Shown here: positions 47,075-57,542 of the stretch, in pieces
How the letters are laid out: every line of letters starts with the position of its first letter
Position numbering within the stretch: position 1 is the stretch's first letter
From: Eledone cirrhosa
Taxonomy: Eukaryota
NCBI GenBank assembly: GCA_964016885.1
Contig: OZ024752.1
Location: 46,500,001 to 46,564,000, forward strand
Reading direction: 5' to 3'
Length of the DNA stretch: 64,000 nucleotides
Position numbers and translations under genes: made by a program
The notes under the pieces: generated by a model
What the model was told of the DNA's origin: nothing
The model's database searches: none
The model's input: only the letters and a program-made list of their open reading frames with translations

Positions 47075-47350
47075 TACGAGACGTTTGGGGGAGTCGGGCC
47101 TCTCTTCACTGGCGGTTCGCCTAATAAAGGTAACTGGCGAATCTCGCGAGAGTGCTTGGTTGTTCCAGCATCTCAGCCTCGCCATCACCCGAGGTAACAC
47201 TGCCAGTGTGCCCTCTTGCTTCAAAAATCATTAGAGAGGTTGCCCAGTACTCCTGGCTACTGTCTTTTGCTCTGGTGTTGGCTCGGTTGTTCACCCCTTC
47301 CTTTACATTTTCTTTAATATTGCAACATTAAAAGAATATATCTTTCATAT
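47075..47350 (+). mobile_element. 3' fragment of a CRE-clade (RLE-type) non-LTR retrotransposon, frameshifted
   Basis: ETFGGVG in one frame, then LAVRLIKVTGESRESAWLFQHLSLAITRGNTASV, resembling the FQRLSxAxQRGNAASV terminus. Confidence 0.6.
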
Positions 47351-47831
47351 AAAAATATAGAACCAAAATGAAAAAAAATATCAAGTAAACACTGTGTTAA
47401 TCGATCGGATTGAAAAATAGAAACGTCCAATCTCGCTTCCGAACCGAATCTATATTGTGTTTTATTTTTTACTAATTTGGTTTACTTTGAAATGGAGATG
47501 TATTTCGTTTCGACAATGAATGTTCCAGTTGTTCAATGAACCGAACTGTCTGCTCATGAAATTAACGTGTAAGTAAGTGACTTAGCATTCCACAGACACG
47601 TGTACCTTTAACGTAATTCTTAAAAGGAGTCAGCGTGAATTACAGGTGCAATCTACCCGGCTACCCAATTTCAATAACAGAGCATGGGTGGGTTAGTGAC
47701 ATTTACATAAGATATCACGGAGTAGGATCAAACAAGGGACTGGACATAATGATTACGAAACGAACTTCTTTAAACATTTCGCCATGCTGCGTCAAATTTT
47801 GTCTTGGATCCGGAAGAATCACTGACCGACA

Positions 47832-48015
47832 GGAATTCCAAAAGAGTTCCATACAGCGGAAGTGACGTCATTAACCGTAGCAAGAAAAAGAAATTCCAAG
47901 AGAGTTCCATAGGGCGGAAATGACGTCACTAACTGCAGCTAGCAAGAAAAAGAAATTCCAAGAGAGTTCCATACGACGGAAGTGACGTCGCTAACTGTAA
48001 GCAAGAGAGTTCCAT
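47832..48015 (+). promoter_or_regulatory. Putative RBBP5 proximal promoter: three ~58-62-bp units, each with an ETS-CRE composite motif
   Basis: CGGAAGTGACGTCA (47857), CGGAAATGACGTCA (47915), CGGAAGTGACGTCG (47977); locally CpG-rich; about 240-380 bp upstream of the ATG. Confidence 0.7.
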
Positions 48016-48231
48016 CTGAAGGTGATATCATGTGACCAATGTTGATATCCGGTCTAAGTCATGTCTGTTATGGATGCTTTGAGAAGATGGAGAGAAATAA
48101 AAATGTCATGTATTTTCCGACTACATGTATAGTTTATCCACATTTTGCACAACAAAACTCACCAAACTCCATTTTATTGTGGAACATCTGAACAGCAAAC
48201 AACAAATTGTTTCATTGAGTCACATTTAATC

Positions 48232-48250
48232 ATGAATTTGGAACTTTTAC
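48232..48250 (+). CDS. RBBP5: RBBP5 coding exon 1 (MNLELL)
   Basis: ATGAATTTGGAACTTTTAC|gtaaga; conserved RBBP5 N-terminus. Confidence 0.9.
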
Positions 48251-48652
48251 GTAAGAAACATAACACATTATTGTCAAACAAAACATTTCTCTTGTCTTTC
48301 CATCTCTCTGTCGGTTTCTTTGTTTTTCTGTCATTTTAAATTCACATTTTATTCCTCCTTGTACCTCACTTTTATTATTATTATTATTAGTAGTAGTAGT
48401 AGTATAGAATTGGTAAAGATACTAGTCTATCTTGCAAGTGTTCGCCGGTAACACATATACATACATATATGTACACATACACACACACACACTCAAACAC
48501 ACACATACACACTCAAACGCACACATACACACTCAAACACACACATACACACTCAAACACGCACACACACACATATATATAAATATATAAGTTTATCCTG
48601 GGTTCAATCGGGGGTAACCACAGTAAGTAAGGTACTCAATACATAGCAGTCG

Positions 48653-48701
48653 GCTTCCTGATGATTTCTCCCGAATGAAACAGTTCTAGTCCTGTAGAAG
48701 C
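48653..48701 (+). ncRNA. Type I hammerhead ribozyme motif, sense in RBBP5 intron 1
   Basis: gcttc CTGATGA tttctcccgaat GAAA cag-ttctagtc-ctg TA gaagc; first pair of stem II mismatched. Confidence 0.75.
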
Positions 48702-48719
48702 TATTTCTATATTAAATAA

Positions 48720-48755
<36 letters not shown>

Positions 48756-48759
48756 ATGT

Positions 48760-48923
48760 TGATCTCTAGTTCAGTCAGAGTAACCGCAGTAAATAAAGTA
48801 CGCAATACATATGTAGAATGACGATAGACGTTTAGTTTATATAGAAAAGGCTTCTACAGGACTAGAACTGTTTCGTTACGAATGAAACAGTTCTAGTCCT
48901 GTAGAAGCCTTTTCTATATAAAC
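48760..48923 (-). mobile_element. Second copy of that Penelope-like end: tail plus ~43-bp fold-back palindrome of the hammerhead 3' half
   Basis: gtttatatagaaaaggcttctacaggactagaactgtttc...gaaacagttctagtcctgtagaagccttttctatataaac; tail similar to 48590-48645. Confidence 0.65.
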
Positions 48924-48967
48924 CTCTCACCACCCTCCTCCCCCATCGCTCTCTCTATATATATATG

Positions 48968-49149
48968 TAGGACCCCGACGGCTGAGCTCAAGCCGTTTCG
49001 ACGGCTGAGCTCAAGCCGTTTCGACGGCTAAACGGCTTGAGCTCAGCCGTCGGGGTCCTACTCGTTCCTATTACCCACTCTACTACCCTAAGTATTGAGT
49101 ACTTTGGTGCGTTATGGTCCACCTGGTTCCTTACCACATTTCCTTCGTT
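48968..49149 (+). mobile_element. Family B element in (TA)n
   Basis: Arm with internal duplication, same tail. Confidence 0.65.
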
Positions 49150-49855
49150 ATATATATATATATATGTATATATATATACGGGGAAGAGTTGATTGCCAGC
49201 ATCGTGCAGGTTAGATTAGTTGATTATGATATCGTTATATATTATATCGATCTCTTTTGATATATATATATATATATACACTCCTATTTATGTTTATGTG
49301 TTTTGCCGGTGAACAGCTGAGAGGGAGCATTTGCTTGTTGAAGTTTAGGCTGAAAGATTTCTCTGTGGGTGGTGCAAGCTTATGCCACCACTGGTGTTAT
49401 GCCTGTAAACATCTACCCAGAGATTCTTTCCTGAGACATTCTAACCTCATGCCTGTAGTATCAATGTTGTGATCTCTCAATTTGGAGAAGTAGCAGATCT
49501 CTGAGCTACGCACTCTATTAACTAATGTTACTCCAAAGACCCTTCGGAGGAACCCCATTTCAGACGAGTTGTACAGTCTATTGTTTCAATGACCTCTGCT
49601 TGCTCAGGGAGTTCTCTGAATTTGGATACAATAGTCTCCACAAACCAGTTCCTGACTTATGTTCGAGTGCTTCCCCTTTTATCCTGCAGGTTGAGTTGGA
49701 CCCGAGCTAAACTAAGTTACTGTCACTTGTTTTGCAACCTAAAATAAGATTTAATCTCTTTTTTTTCTATTCTTCAAAGTCTATTGTTCACTTTAAAACA
49801 TTTCAGAAATAAAACATAAAATTTCATATTTTTTTATCTTTTGTTTTTTCTGCAG

Positions 49856-49881
49856 AATCATTTGGACAAAACCATCCTGAG
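49856..49881 (+). CDS. RBBP5: RBBP5 exon 2 (QSFGQNHPE)
   Basis: cag|AATCA...GAG|gtaata; 26-nt microexon; phase-consistent. Confidence 0.92.
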
Positions 49882-51544
49882 GTAATATCTTCATAATTGA
49901 CCTTCCATTTGTCTACATCCTTAATAGTTTCCATAAACTATCTGGAACCACTCTTGGGTCTATGAAATAATTCATAATTTTAGTAAATCCTTCAAAATTC
50001 TTAAGTCATAAAAAGATAAAGATGTATTATACAGCTGCAAGCTATGTTGCTAATATTTAAGAAAATTTGTCTCTACACAGCTTGAAGTTATGTAGCTAAT
50101 GTTCAAGGCATTTATCTAAAGCACCCAGCCCACACTGTAAAATGATCATGTTGGTGACATGACAAAAAACACCCGTCATGTAGGTGTCACGTCAAAAATC
50201 TCCCTGCCCACACTGTAAATGTGGTTGGCATTAGGAAGGGTATCCAGCCATAGAAACCAAGCCAAAATCACTTCTGTATGAGTGAAACACGGTCCTCTAA
50301 CCTGAATCTCACAACAGGACAGCATCTCTTATCAATGCTAGCATGGAAAATGGACGTTAAACAATGATGATGTTTGAAACTGTCAGTTTGTCCAGTATTA
50401 ACAACTGTAAGATGAAGTGATATCTGAATACTGAAGGTTTTAGTATTCAGAATTGTGTGTTTTGTATCGTGTGAAACCACATTAGCAAAACATTTTTGAA
50501 AAGTAGAAAGCAACCCTATGACTGCATCTCATTAAATACTAAATTTAATACAAATTTTCACAAAAATCTGTTCTTCACTAGTAAAGATAGTATAAAGTAG
50601 GAACAAACCTAGACAATCAGGAAAAGTATACAATACTTGTATCATGTTAACATCATTTCATAATGATCTGTTCACTAAAGTTACTATAAACATTTGAATT
50701 AACAAACCTGTTTTTATGTATTTTCTGCTAAATTATTACAGGATGTTAAGAGTTAATGATAACTCAATTTTCTCCAGCATGTTGAGTTGTTATGGCACTG
50801 TCTCTGTGAACTCTGACTTCAAATCCTGTTGGGGTCAAATTTGCCTTTCATCCTTTTCAGGTTGATAAATAAAGTACCAGTTTAGTACTGGGGTAAATTT
50901 CTTCCTCTATAGCTCTTTCTCACTTCCTCCTCTCTCTCTCTCTCTCATCTTACATATCTGTGTGTGGGAGAAACCAGCTGTGTTCTGACCTGGCGATGGA
51001 TGGGTTCCAGGTTTAAATCCCCCCCCCCCCAAGACATACCGTATATTAATCACTATATTGTCATCAGCTCGATCATAAGTTATTGGCATGTGGCCTTATG
51101 CTTGTGTTTGCTGGTTTTCATTTCATTGATACCACGAAACACCCAGCCCACACTGAAAAGTGATCGTGTAGGAGTCACGACAAAAAACACCCAGTACACA
51201 CTGTAAAGTAGACGTGTAGGTGTCACAACAAAAAGCACCCAGCCCACACTGTAAATGAGGTTGGCGTTAGGAAGGGAATCCAGCTGTAGAAAACCAGCCA
51301 GAAACAGTCCTATATGAGCGAGACACGGTCACCCGACCCAACTTACCTTTAAATGGGACAAACCCGTCTAACCCATGCTAGCGTGGAGGATGGACGTTAA
51401 ACGATGATGATGGTCATGGTGGTGATGATGATGATGATCACCAGAGAGATGGATTTACAATGATTTGTTACAAAGTGAGGAATTGACCAGGTTTTAGGAT
51501 TGTTAATGTGGATTTTGATAATAACATATTCTTGCTTTTTTCAG

Positions 51545-51717
51545 GAGTTTGATGGTGCTTTGGATTGCGTGAGCATCGCAGTAACATGTGTGTTCAACCG
51601 GCAAGGAACCATACTGGCCGTTGGTTGTAACGATGGCCGTATTGTTTTGTGGGACTTCTTGACGAGAGGAATAGCTAAGGTTATCAATGCTCATGTTCAT
51701 CCTGTTTGTTCATTGAG
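51545..51717 (+). CDS. RBBP5: RBBP5 exon 3 (EFDGALD...LAVGCNDGRIVLWDFLTRGIAKVINAHVHPVCSL)
   Basis: cag|GAG...TTGAG|gtgagt; WD40 repeat near-identical to known RBBP5. Confidence 0.97.
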
Positions 51718-51887
51718 GTGAGTTGTACACATATCATCTCTGTTAACCAACATGTTTCACCTTTGTATTCATTGAGGCCAGTTTACACTTCTATCATCTT
51801 TGTTCACCAGTTAGCTAACTAGCACAGTTTCAATACCTTCCTAATCTACGCTACACACCTTTTGCTTTTTTTAATTTTCTGTTCACT

Positions 51888-52158
51888 CTGCAACACGACT
51901 GTTTTGTCCGAGCTCTACAACACGACTGTTTTGTCCGAGCTCTACAACACAACTGTTTTGTCTGAGCTCTTCAAAACGACTGTTTTGTCCGAGCTCTACA
52001 ACACGATTGTTTTGTCCGAGCTCTACAACACGACTGTTTTGTCCGAGCTCTGCAACACGACTGTTTTTTCCGAGCTCTACAACACGACTGTTTTGTCCGA
52101 GCTCTGCAACACGACTGTTTTGTCCGAGCTCTACAACACGATTGTTTTGTCCGAGCTA
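51888..52158 (+). repeat. 27-bp tandem repeat, 10 copies
   Basis: caacacgactgttttgtccgagctcta. Confidence 0.92.
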
Positions 52159-54062
52159 GACACATTGCAGTGACTTCTTGTTCTTGCTTAAAGCCTTCTA
52201 TCCTTCAGTTTGTTTTCATTACTTCTAAACACTATTTCACAGTTGCTGTTACATTATACCTATTCTTACCCTCTTTTAAAACCTATCCTTTAGTTAACTA
52301 ACTACTTCTAAATGTTATGTTAATGTTGGTATTATATTATACCTATTTTTCCCCTCATTTAAAGCCTATCCTTCTAAACACTATTCCACTGTTGTTATTA
52401 AATTATACCTATTCAACCCTTCCTTTAAAGCCTATCCTTCTAAACATTATTCCACTGTTGCTGTTATACCTGTTAATTAACCCTTTAGCATTCAAACCAG
52501 CCATAATTCTCTCCCCTCTTTCTGGTCAAACTGGCCACTCATACTGATGTTAAGGTATTGTTCTCAAAATAAATAATATCAAAATCTCATAGATTTGATA
52601 TTATTTGAGGTAAAGCCATTACCATGAATATACAATAGCATATATAGAGTAATGTAAATGCTAAAGGGTTAATTAATTAAAATAGAGTGTAAATCACTAA
52701 AAATACAATCACAAAACGGTTAATCTTTTTGATACCAACCCAACCAAGACTGGCTCTGGTTCTTTGAAACAAAACAACCCTTTTTAAAGGCATTTAAATC
52801 AGATACTAGATTTTTTTTTTCCAACTGTGTGAACTGGAACTCTGTGAAATAGTGTGTTGTTTAAGAACACAATCTACAGCCAGGAATTGAACTCATGGCT
52901 TTACGACCGTAACCCAAACACCCTCACCTTAAGCTACTCATTTTCACATCAGTAGAGTTTACCTGTAATTAACCTTCCTCCCTGTCTTTATTACGAGACA
53001 TCAATAGCCAATATCTACGTAGTATGAAATAGTTTTTAACCTCTGTCGACTTTATTAAACTTCCAACTTGGAGTCTTTTCCCGCTAAATGTTGAAATAAT
53101 ATAGTTAGCTAACATTGCACATTGATGAAACTGATGTAGGAATGTCCTCTTTGTCCAAAAGACATGTTTATTTTTCTCACAGAGGTGAATTGGTACAATT
53201 CGCCTCGCCCCTGCCTTTGTTTTTAAATATTTTACATTTTCTCACAGATTGTCTTCAATAAGAAGAGAACTGAACCAGTTCCTTTCTTATTGTCTTTTAA
53301 TTCTTCCCATTGCAACCATGTTTTATTTGCTGTTCTTTTACCTTCTCTAATATTTTCATGGAGGTAAGTAAACTATATATATATATATATATATATATAT
53401 CTTTTCCATTCCTTGTTATATCCAGCCCATTTCACAAATGGTGCTATGATAAAATGTTACCCAACCCACCTAGGAAAAGGTGTAGTGCTGGTGTCATGAT
53501 AAAATATATCCAGCTCATTCTGTAAAGTAGTAGTGTTGGTGCCATGATATAATATACCCAGTACACTCTGTAAAGTGGTATAGTGTTGGTGCCATGATAA
53601 AATATATCCTGCCTACTCTGTGAAGTGGTAGTGCTGGTGCCATGATAAAATATATCCAGCTCATTCTGTAAAGTGGTAGTGTTGGTGCCATGATAAAATG
53701 CATGCAGCCCAGTCTCTAACATGGTTGTGGTGACTTGACAATTGATGTAATTGGTCTAAGCCTGGTCATGTTGAGCAGCTCACTGATACAGATACAGTCG
53801 CTGAGCCACTTGCCAGTCACAAGTCTCATGATGTGGTTCTGGAATGTAGAGAGCTTCTGAAGTGACATTGTCATCCAATTAACACAGTCAAGACCATGTA
53901 ACATAACATAACAACTTGTAAATAATTGATAATTTTAATAAAATCCCTCAACATTTCTCATTAAAGTGTATTTCACTAGAAATATGATCACTAAAGGGTT
54001 GAAACATTTGTTGTCATGTGTTGTATATGTATGGCTTTATATTGAGTATTTGATTTCTGCAG

Positions 54063-54203
54063 TGTAAACAGGAACGGTCACAAGTTACTTAGTGCTGCCA
54101 CAGATAATACAGTTTCAATCTGGGATGTACAGACAGGAGAATGTGATCGCACTTTTCGTTTCCCATCTCCTATATTGAAAGTACAGTTTCATCCCAGAAA
54201 TAG
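54063..54203 (+). CDS. RBBP5: RBBP5 exon 4 (VNRNGHKLLSAATDN...FRFPSPILKVQFHPRN)
   Basis: cag|T...AATAG|gtaagt; 141 nt. Confidence 0.96.
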
Positions 54204-54211
54204 GTAAGTAC

Positions 54212-54240
<29 letters not shown>

Positions 54241-54242
<2 letters not shown>

Positions 54243-54326
54243 CAGGATGTCCCCCAAAAATATGTATACACATATTTATTTGAATGCTGTTGAAGTGTGT
54301 ATACATTTAAGGAGGGCACCCTGTAT
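54241..54326. mobile_element. Tc1/mariner-like tiny MITE (TA flanks, CAGGGTG-type TIR); an inverted copy lies at about 56364-56446
   Basis: tacaggatgtccc ... gggcaccctgta. Confidence 0.55.
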
Positions 54327-54348
54327 GTATGTGTGTATATATATATAT

Positions 54349-54500
54349 AACGAAAGAGATATGGTAAGGAACCAGGTGGACCATAACGCACCAGAGTACT
54401 CAATACTTAGGGTAGTAGAGTGGGTAATAGGAAAAAGTTTATCCCCGACGGCAGCCATCGACACGGCTTGAGCTCTGCCGTCGGGGTTAAACTTTTTCCT
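54349..54500 (-). mobile_element. Family B element in (TA)n with the hairpin centre deleted
   Basis: Tail plus arms ggaaaaagtttatccccgacggc / gccgtcggggttaaactttttcc. Confidence 0.65.
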
Positions 54501-54531
54501 ATATATATATATATATATTGGCAGGCCTGCA

Positions 54532-55541
54532 TCAAGAATGGTAGCATGTACCCAGTTATTAGATTGGAGAGCTCTGTGTCAAGAATGGTACCATGTACTC
54601 AGTTATTAAATTGGAGAGCTCTGTGTCAAGAATGGTAGCATGTACCCAGTTATTAGATTGGAGAGCTCTGTATCAAGAATGGTAGCATGTACCCAGTTAT
54701 TAGATTGGAGAGCTCTGTATCAAGAATGGTAGCATGTACCCAGTTATTAGATTGGAGAGCTCTGTATCAAGAATGGTAGCATGTACCCAGTTATTAGATT
54801 GGAGAGCTCTGTATCAAGAATGGTAGCATGTACCCAGTTATTAGATTGGAGAGCTCTGTATCAAGAATGGTAGCATGTACCCAGTTATTAGATTGGAGAG
54901 CTCTGTGTCAAGAATGGTACCATGTACCCAGTTATTAGATTGGAGAGCTCTGTGTCAAGAATGGTACCATGTACTCAGTTATTAAATTGGAGAGCTCTGT
55001 GTCAAGAATGGTGCCATGTACTCAGTTATTAGATTGGAGAGCTATGTGTCAAGAATGGTAGCATGTACCCAGTTATTAGATTGGAGAGCTCTGTATCAAG
55101 AATGGTAGCATGTACCCAGTTATTAGATTGGAGAGCTCTGTATCAAGAATGGTAGCATGTACCCAGTTATTAGATTGGAGAGCTCTGTGTCAAGAATGGT
55201 ACCATGTACTCAGTTATTAAATTGGAGAGCTCTGTGTCAAGAATGGTACCATGTACTCAGTTATTAAATTGGAGAGCTCTGTGTCAAGAATGGTACCATG
55301 TACTCAGTTATTAAATTGGAGAGCTCTGTGTCAAGAATGGTACCATGTACCCAGTTATTAGATTGGAGAGCTCTGTGTCAAGAATGGTACCATGTACCCA
55401 GTTATTAGATTGGAGAGCTCTGTCAAGAATGGTGCCATGTACCCAGTTATTAGATTGGAGAGCTCTGTGTCAATAATGGTACCATGTACCATATTAGGTT
55501 GGTATATCTGTGTCAATAAAGGTACCACGTACCCAGTTATT
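54532..55541 (+). repeat. 47-bp minisatellite, about 21 copies, ending about 35 nt before RBBP5 exon 5
   Basis: Unit tcaagaatggtagcatgtacccagttattagattggagagctctgtr. Confidence 0.95.
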
Positions 55542-55576
55542 GATGTCCTGTTGTTAATATTTCTCCTCTATTGCAG

Positions 55577-55661
55577 TGATGTCTTTATTGTGTGTCCTCT
55601 GAAACATGCTGTTGTTAAAATGGATTTCAGTTCTCATTCTATTGTGCCCCTGGATGATGAG
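55577..55661 (+). CDS. RBBP5: RBBP5 exon 5 (DVFIVCPLKHAVVKMDFSSHSIVPLDDE)
   Basis: cag|T...GAG|gtatgt; phase-consistent. Confidence 0.92.
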
Positions 55662-56021
55662 GTATGTTGTTTGTCAACACTGATGTCCTATCTACCATCT
55701 CCACTCTTGTATTTCCTATTTAATGTCCTATCAATATAACAGTCCACGCTGTAATGTGGCCGTGTAGGCAACACGGTAAAAACCTCCCAGCCCCACACTG
55801 TAAATGTGGTTGGTGTTAGGAAGGGCATCCAGCCGTAGAAAACCCGCCAGATGGTCCTATGCGAGCAAGACAATCACTCTTGCCTCAAGTGGGAAAACCC
55901 CCGTCCAAACCCATGCAAGCGTGGAACACGGACGTTAAACGTTGATGATGATGATATATATATAGTATTATTTTAATAAATATATATATATATTTATGTA
56001 ATAAACAACATAAGGCAATTA

Positions 56022-56082
56022 TTTCATTTACCAGTGGTTTCTTAAAAGCAAAAAAATTTTGCTTTCAATCATCAGAATGAAA
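56022..56082 (-). ncRNA. Mirror copy of the same hammerhead in the left arm of the palindrome
   Basis: Exact reverse complement of 56158-56218. Confidence 0.8.
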
Positions 56083-56157
56083 AAATCCTGGTGTATTTAT
56101 TGACGTTGGATTTTAAAAGGTTTTTAAAATCCAACGTCAATAAATACACCAGGATTT

Positions 56158-56218
56158 TTTCATTCTGATGATTGAAAGCAAAATTTTTTTGCTTTTAAGA
56201 AACCACTGGTAAATGAAA
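56158..56218 (+). ncRNA. Type I hammerhead ribozyme motif (Penelope-like), sense in RBBP5 intron 5
   Basis: tttcatt CTGATGA ttgaaagcaaaa-ttt-ttttgcttttaa GAAA cc-act-gg TA aatgaaa; all three stems pair. Confidence 0.85.
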
Positions 56219-56320
56219 TAATTGCCTTATGTTGTTTATTACATAACTATTAAGCTCTGTTACCTACATAGAGCACTCTTTTTTCCTGGACTTTTCAGTC
56301 GGAATTACTTCATTCACACA

Positions 56321-56369
<49 letters not shown>

Positions 56370-56442
56370 CATGTGCCAAAAAGATATATGCTCACTTCAA
56401 CAGCATTCTAATCAAAATGTGTATACATTTTGGGGGGACACC

Positions 56443-56478
<36 letters not shown>

Positions 56479-56513
56479 TTATTTAATTACATAATAAACA
56501 ACACAATATAATT

Positions 56514-56585
56514 ATTCCATTACCAAAGGTTTCAGGGAACTAGATGATCCTAACAGAAATGTCCAGTACACTCATCAGATGAAAT
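56514..56585 (-). ncRNA. Diverged hammerhead motif of the same family, antisense
   Basis: Minus strand: atttcat CTGATGA [imperfect stem II] GAAA cctttgg TA atggaat. Confidence 0.6.
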
Positions 56586-56708
56586 ATTTATATATATATA
56601 TATATATAAAATCATCCATGTATTGCTGCTATTTATTACCTTATATGGTAACAAGCTACAATTCTTTTTCCTCTTTAACTGTTGTCAACTCATCTTTGTC
56701 TTTTTCAG

Positions 56709-56780
56709 TCCGATCTAAATATAGTTGCGTCTTTCGACAGACGAGGGAAACATATCTACACGGGCAATGCAAAAGGCAGG
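56709..56780 (+). CDS. RBBP5: RBBP5 exon 6 (SDLNIVASFDRRGKHIYTGNAKGR)
   Basis: cag|TCC...AGG|gtcagt. Confidence 0.96.
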
Positions 56781-57145
56781 GTCAGTGTTTGCCTGTTTTC
56801 TATCAATATAATTATTATGCTTATACTTTGGTACACCAGTACTGTTACTTTACAGAGTGTACTTGGTGCATTTTATCATGGTGTCAACATTGTGTAGCAT
56901 TAATTCATCCCATTCAACATTTTTTGCCATTGAAAATAATACACACACACACACACACCACACACCACACACCACACACCACATACACACACACACACAC
57001 ACATGGGCGGAGGTGGTGAGAGCGGACCTCAGATCGCTGAAGCTCACAGAGGAGATGACGAAGGGCCGTGACAAGTGGAGAGATGCTGTGCTGAATAGGA
57101 CCCGTCCCACCCTTGCAAGCAGGAAAAAGCGGATGTAAAGTGATG

Positions 57146-57182
<37 letters not shown>

Positions 57183-57432
57183 TATATACACAGTGGAACC
57201 TCGGTTCACAAACTTAATTTGTTCCTGAAGGTTGTCATCCGAAGTGTTCATGAGCCGAAGTTCTGCTGTATATATTTTTATGTATGTATGTGTGTGTGTG
57301 TATGTATATATATATATATATATATAGAGTGAGAGAAATGAATTTTTCTAATTGTTGACTGCCATGTCTCCATGTCATAGAAATAATATATGATGTATTG
57401 ATTGGTTTTAACTTGTGTATTTGTTATTGTAG

Positions 57433-57542
57433 ATTCTGGTGTTTACCATAGATAACCTAGAATTGGTAGCTTCATTCCGAGTGACAACAGGAACACTCAA
57501 CACAACAGCTATAAAATCTATAGAGTTTGCACGGCGTGGAGA
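57433..57542 (+). CDS. RBBP5: RBBP5 exon 7 (ILVFTIDNLELVASFRVTTGTLNTTAIKSIEFARRG)
   Basis: tag|ATT...GGAGA|gtaagt; 110 nt. Confidence 0.96.

Larger units (their letters stand above)
55994..56320 (+). mobile_element. Penelope-like element end: perfect inverted repeat (125-bp arms, 3-nt loop) plus unique tail, within (TA)n
   Basis: 55994-56118 is the reverse complement of 56122-56246; tail to about 56320; TA tracts on both sides; hammerhead inside. Confidence 0.75.
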
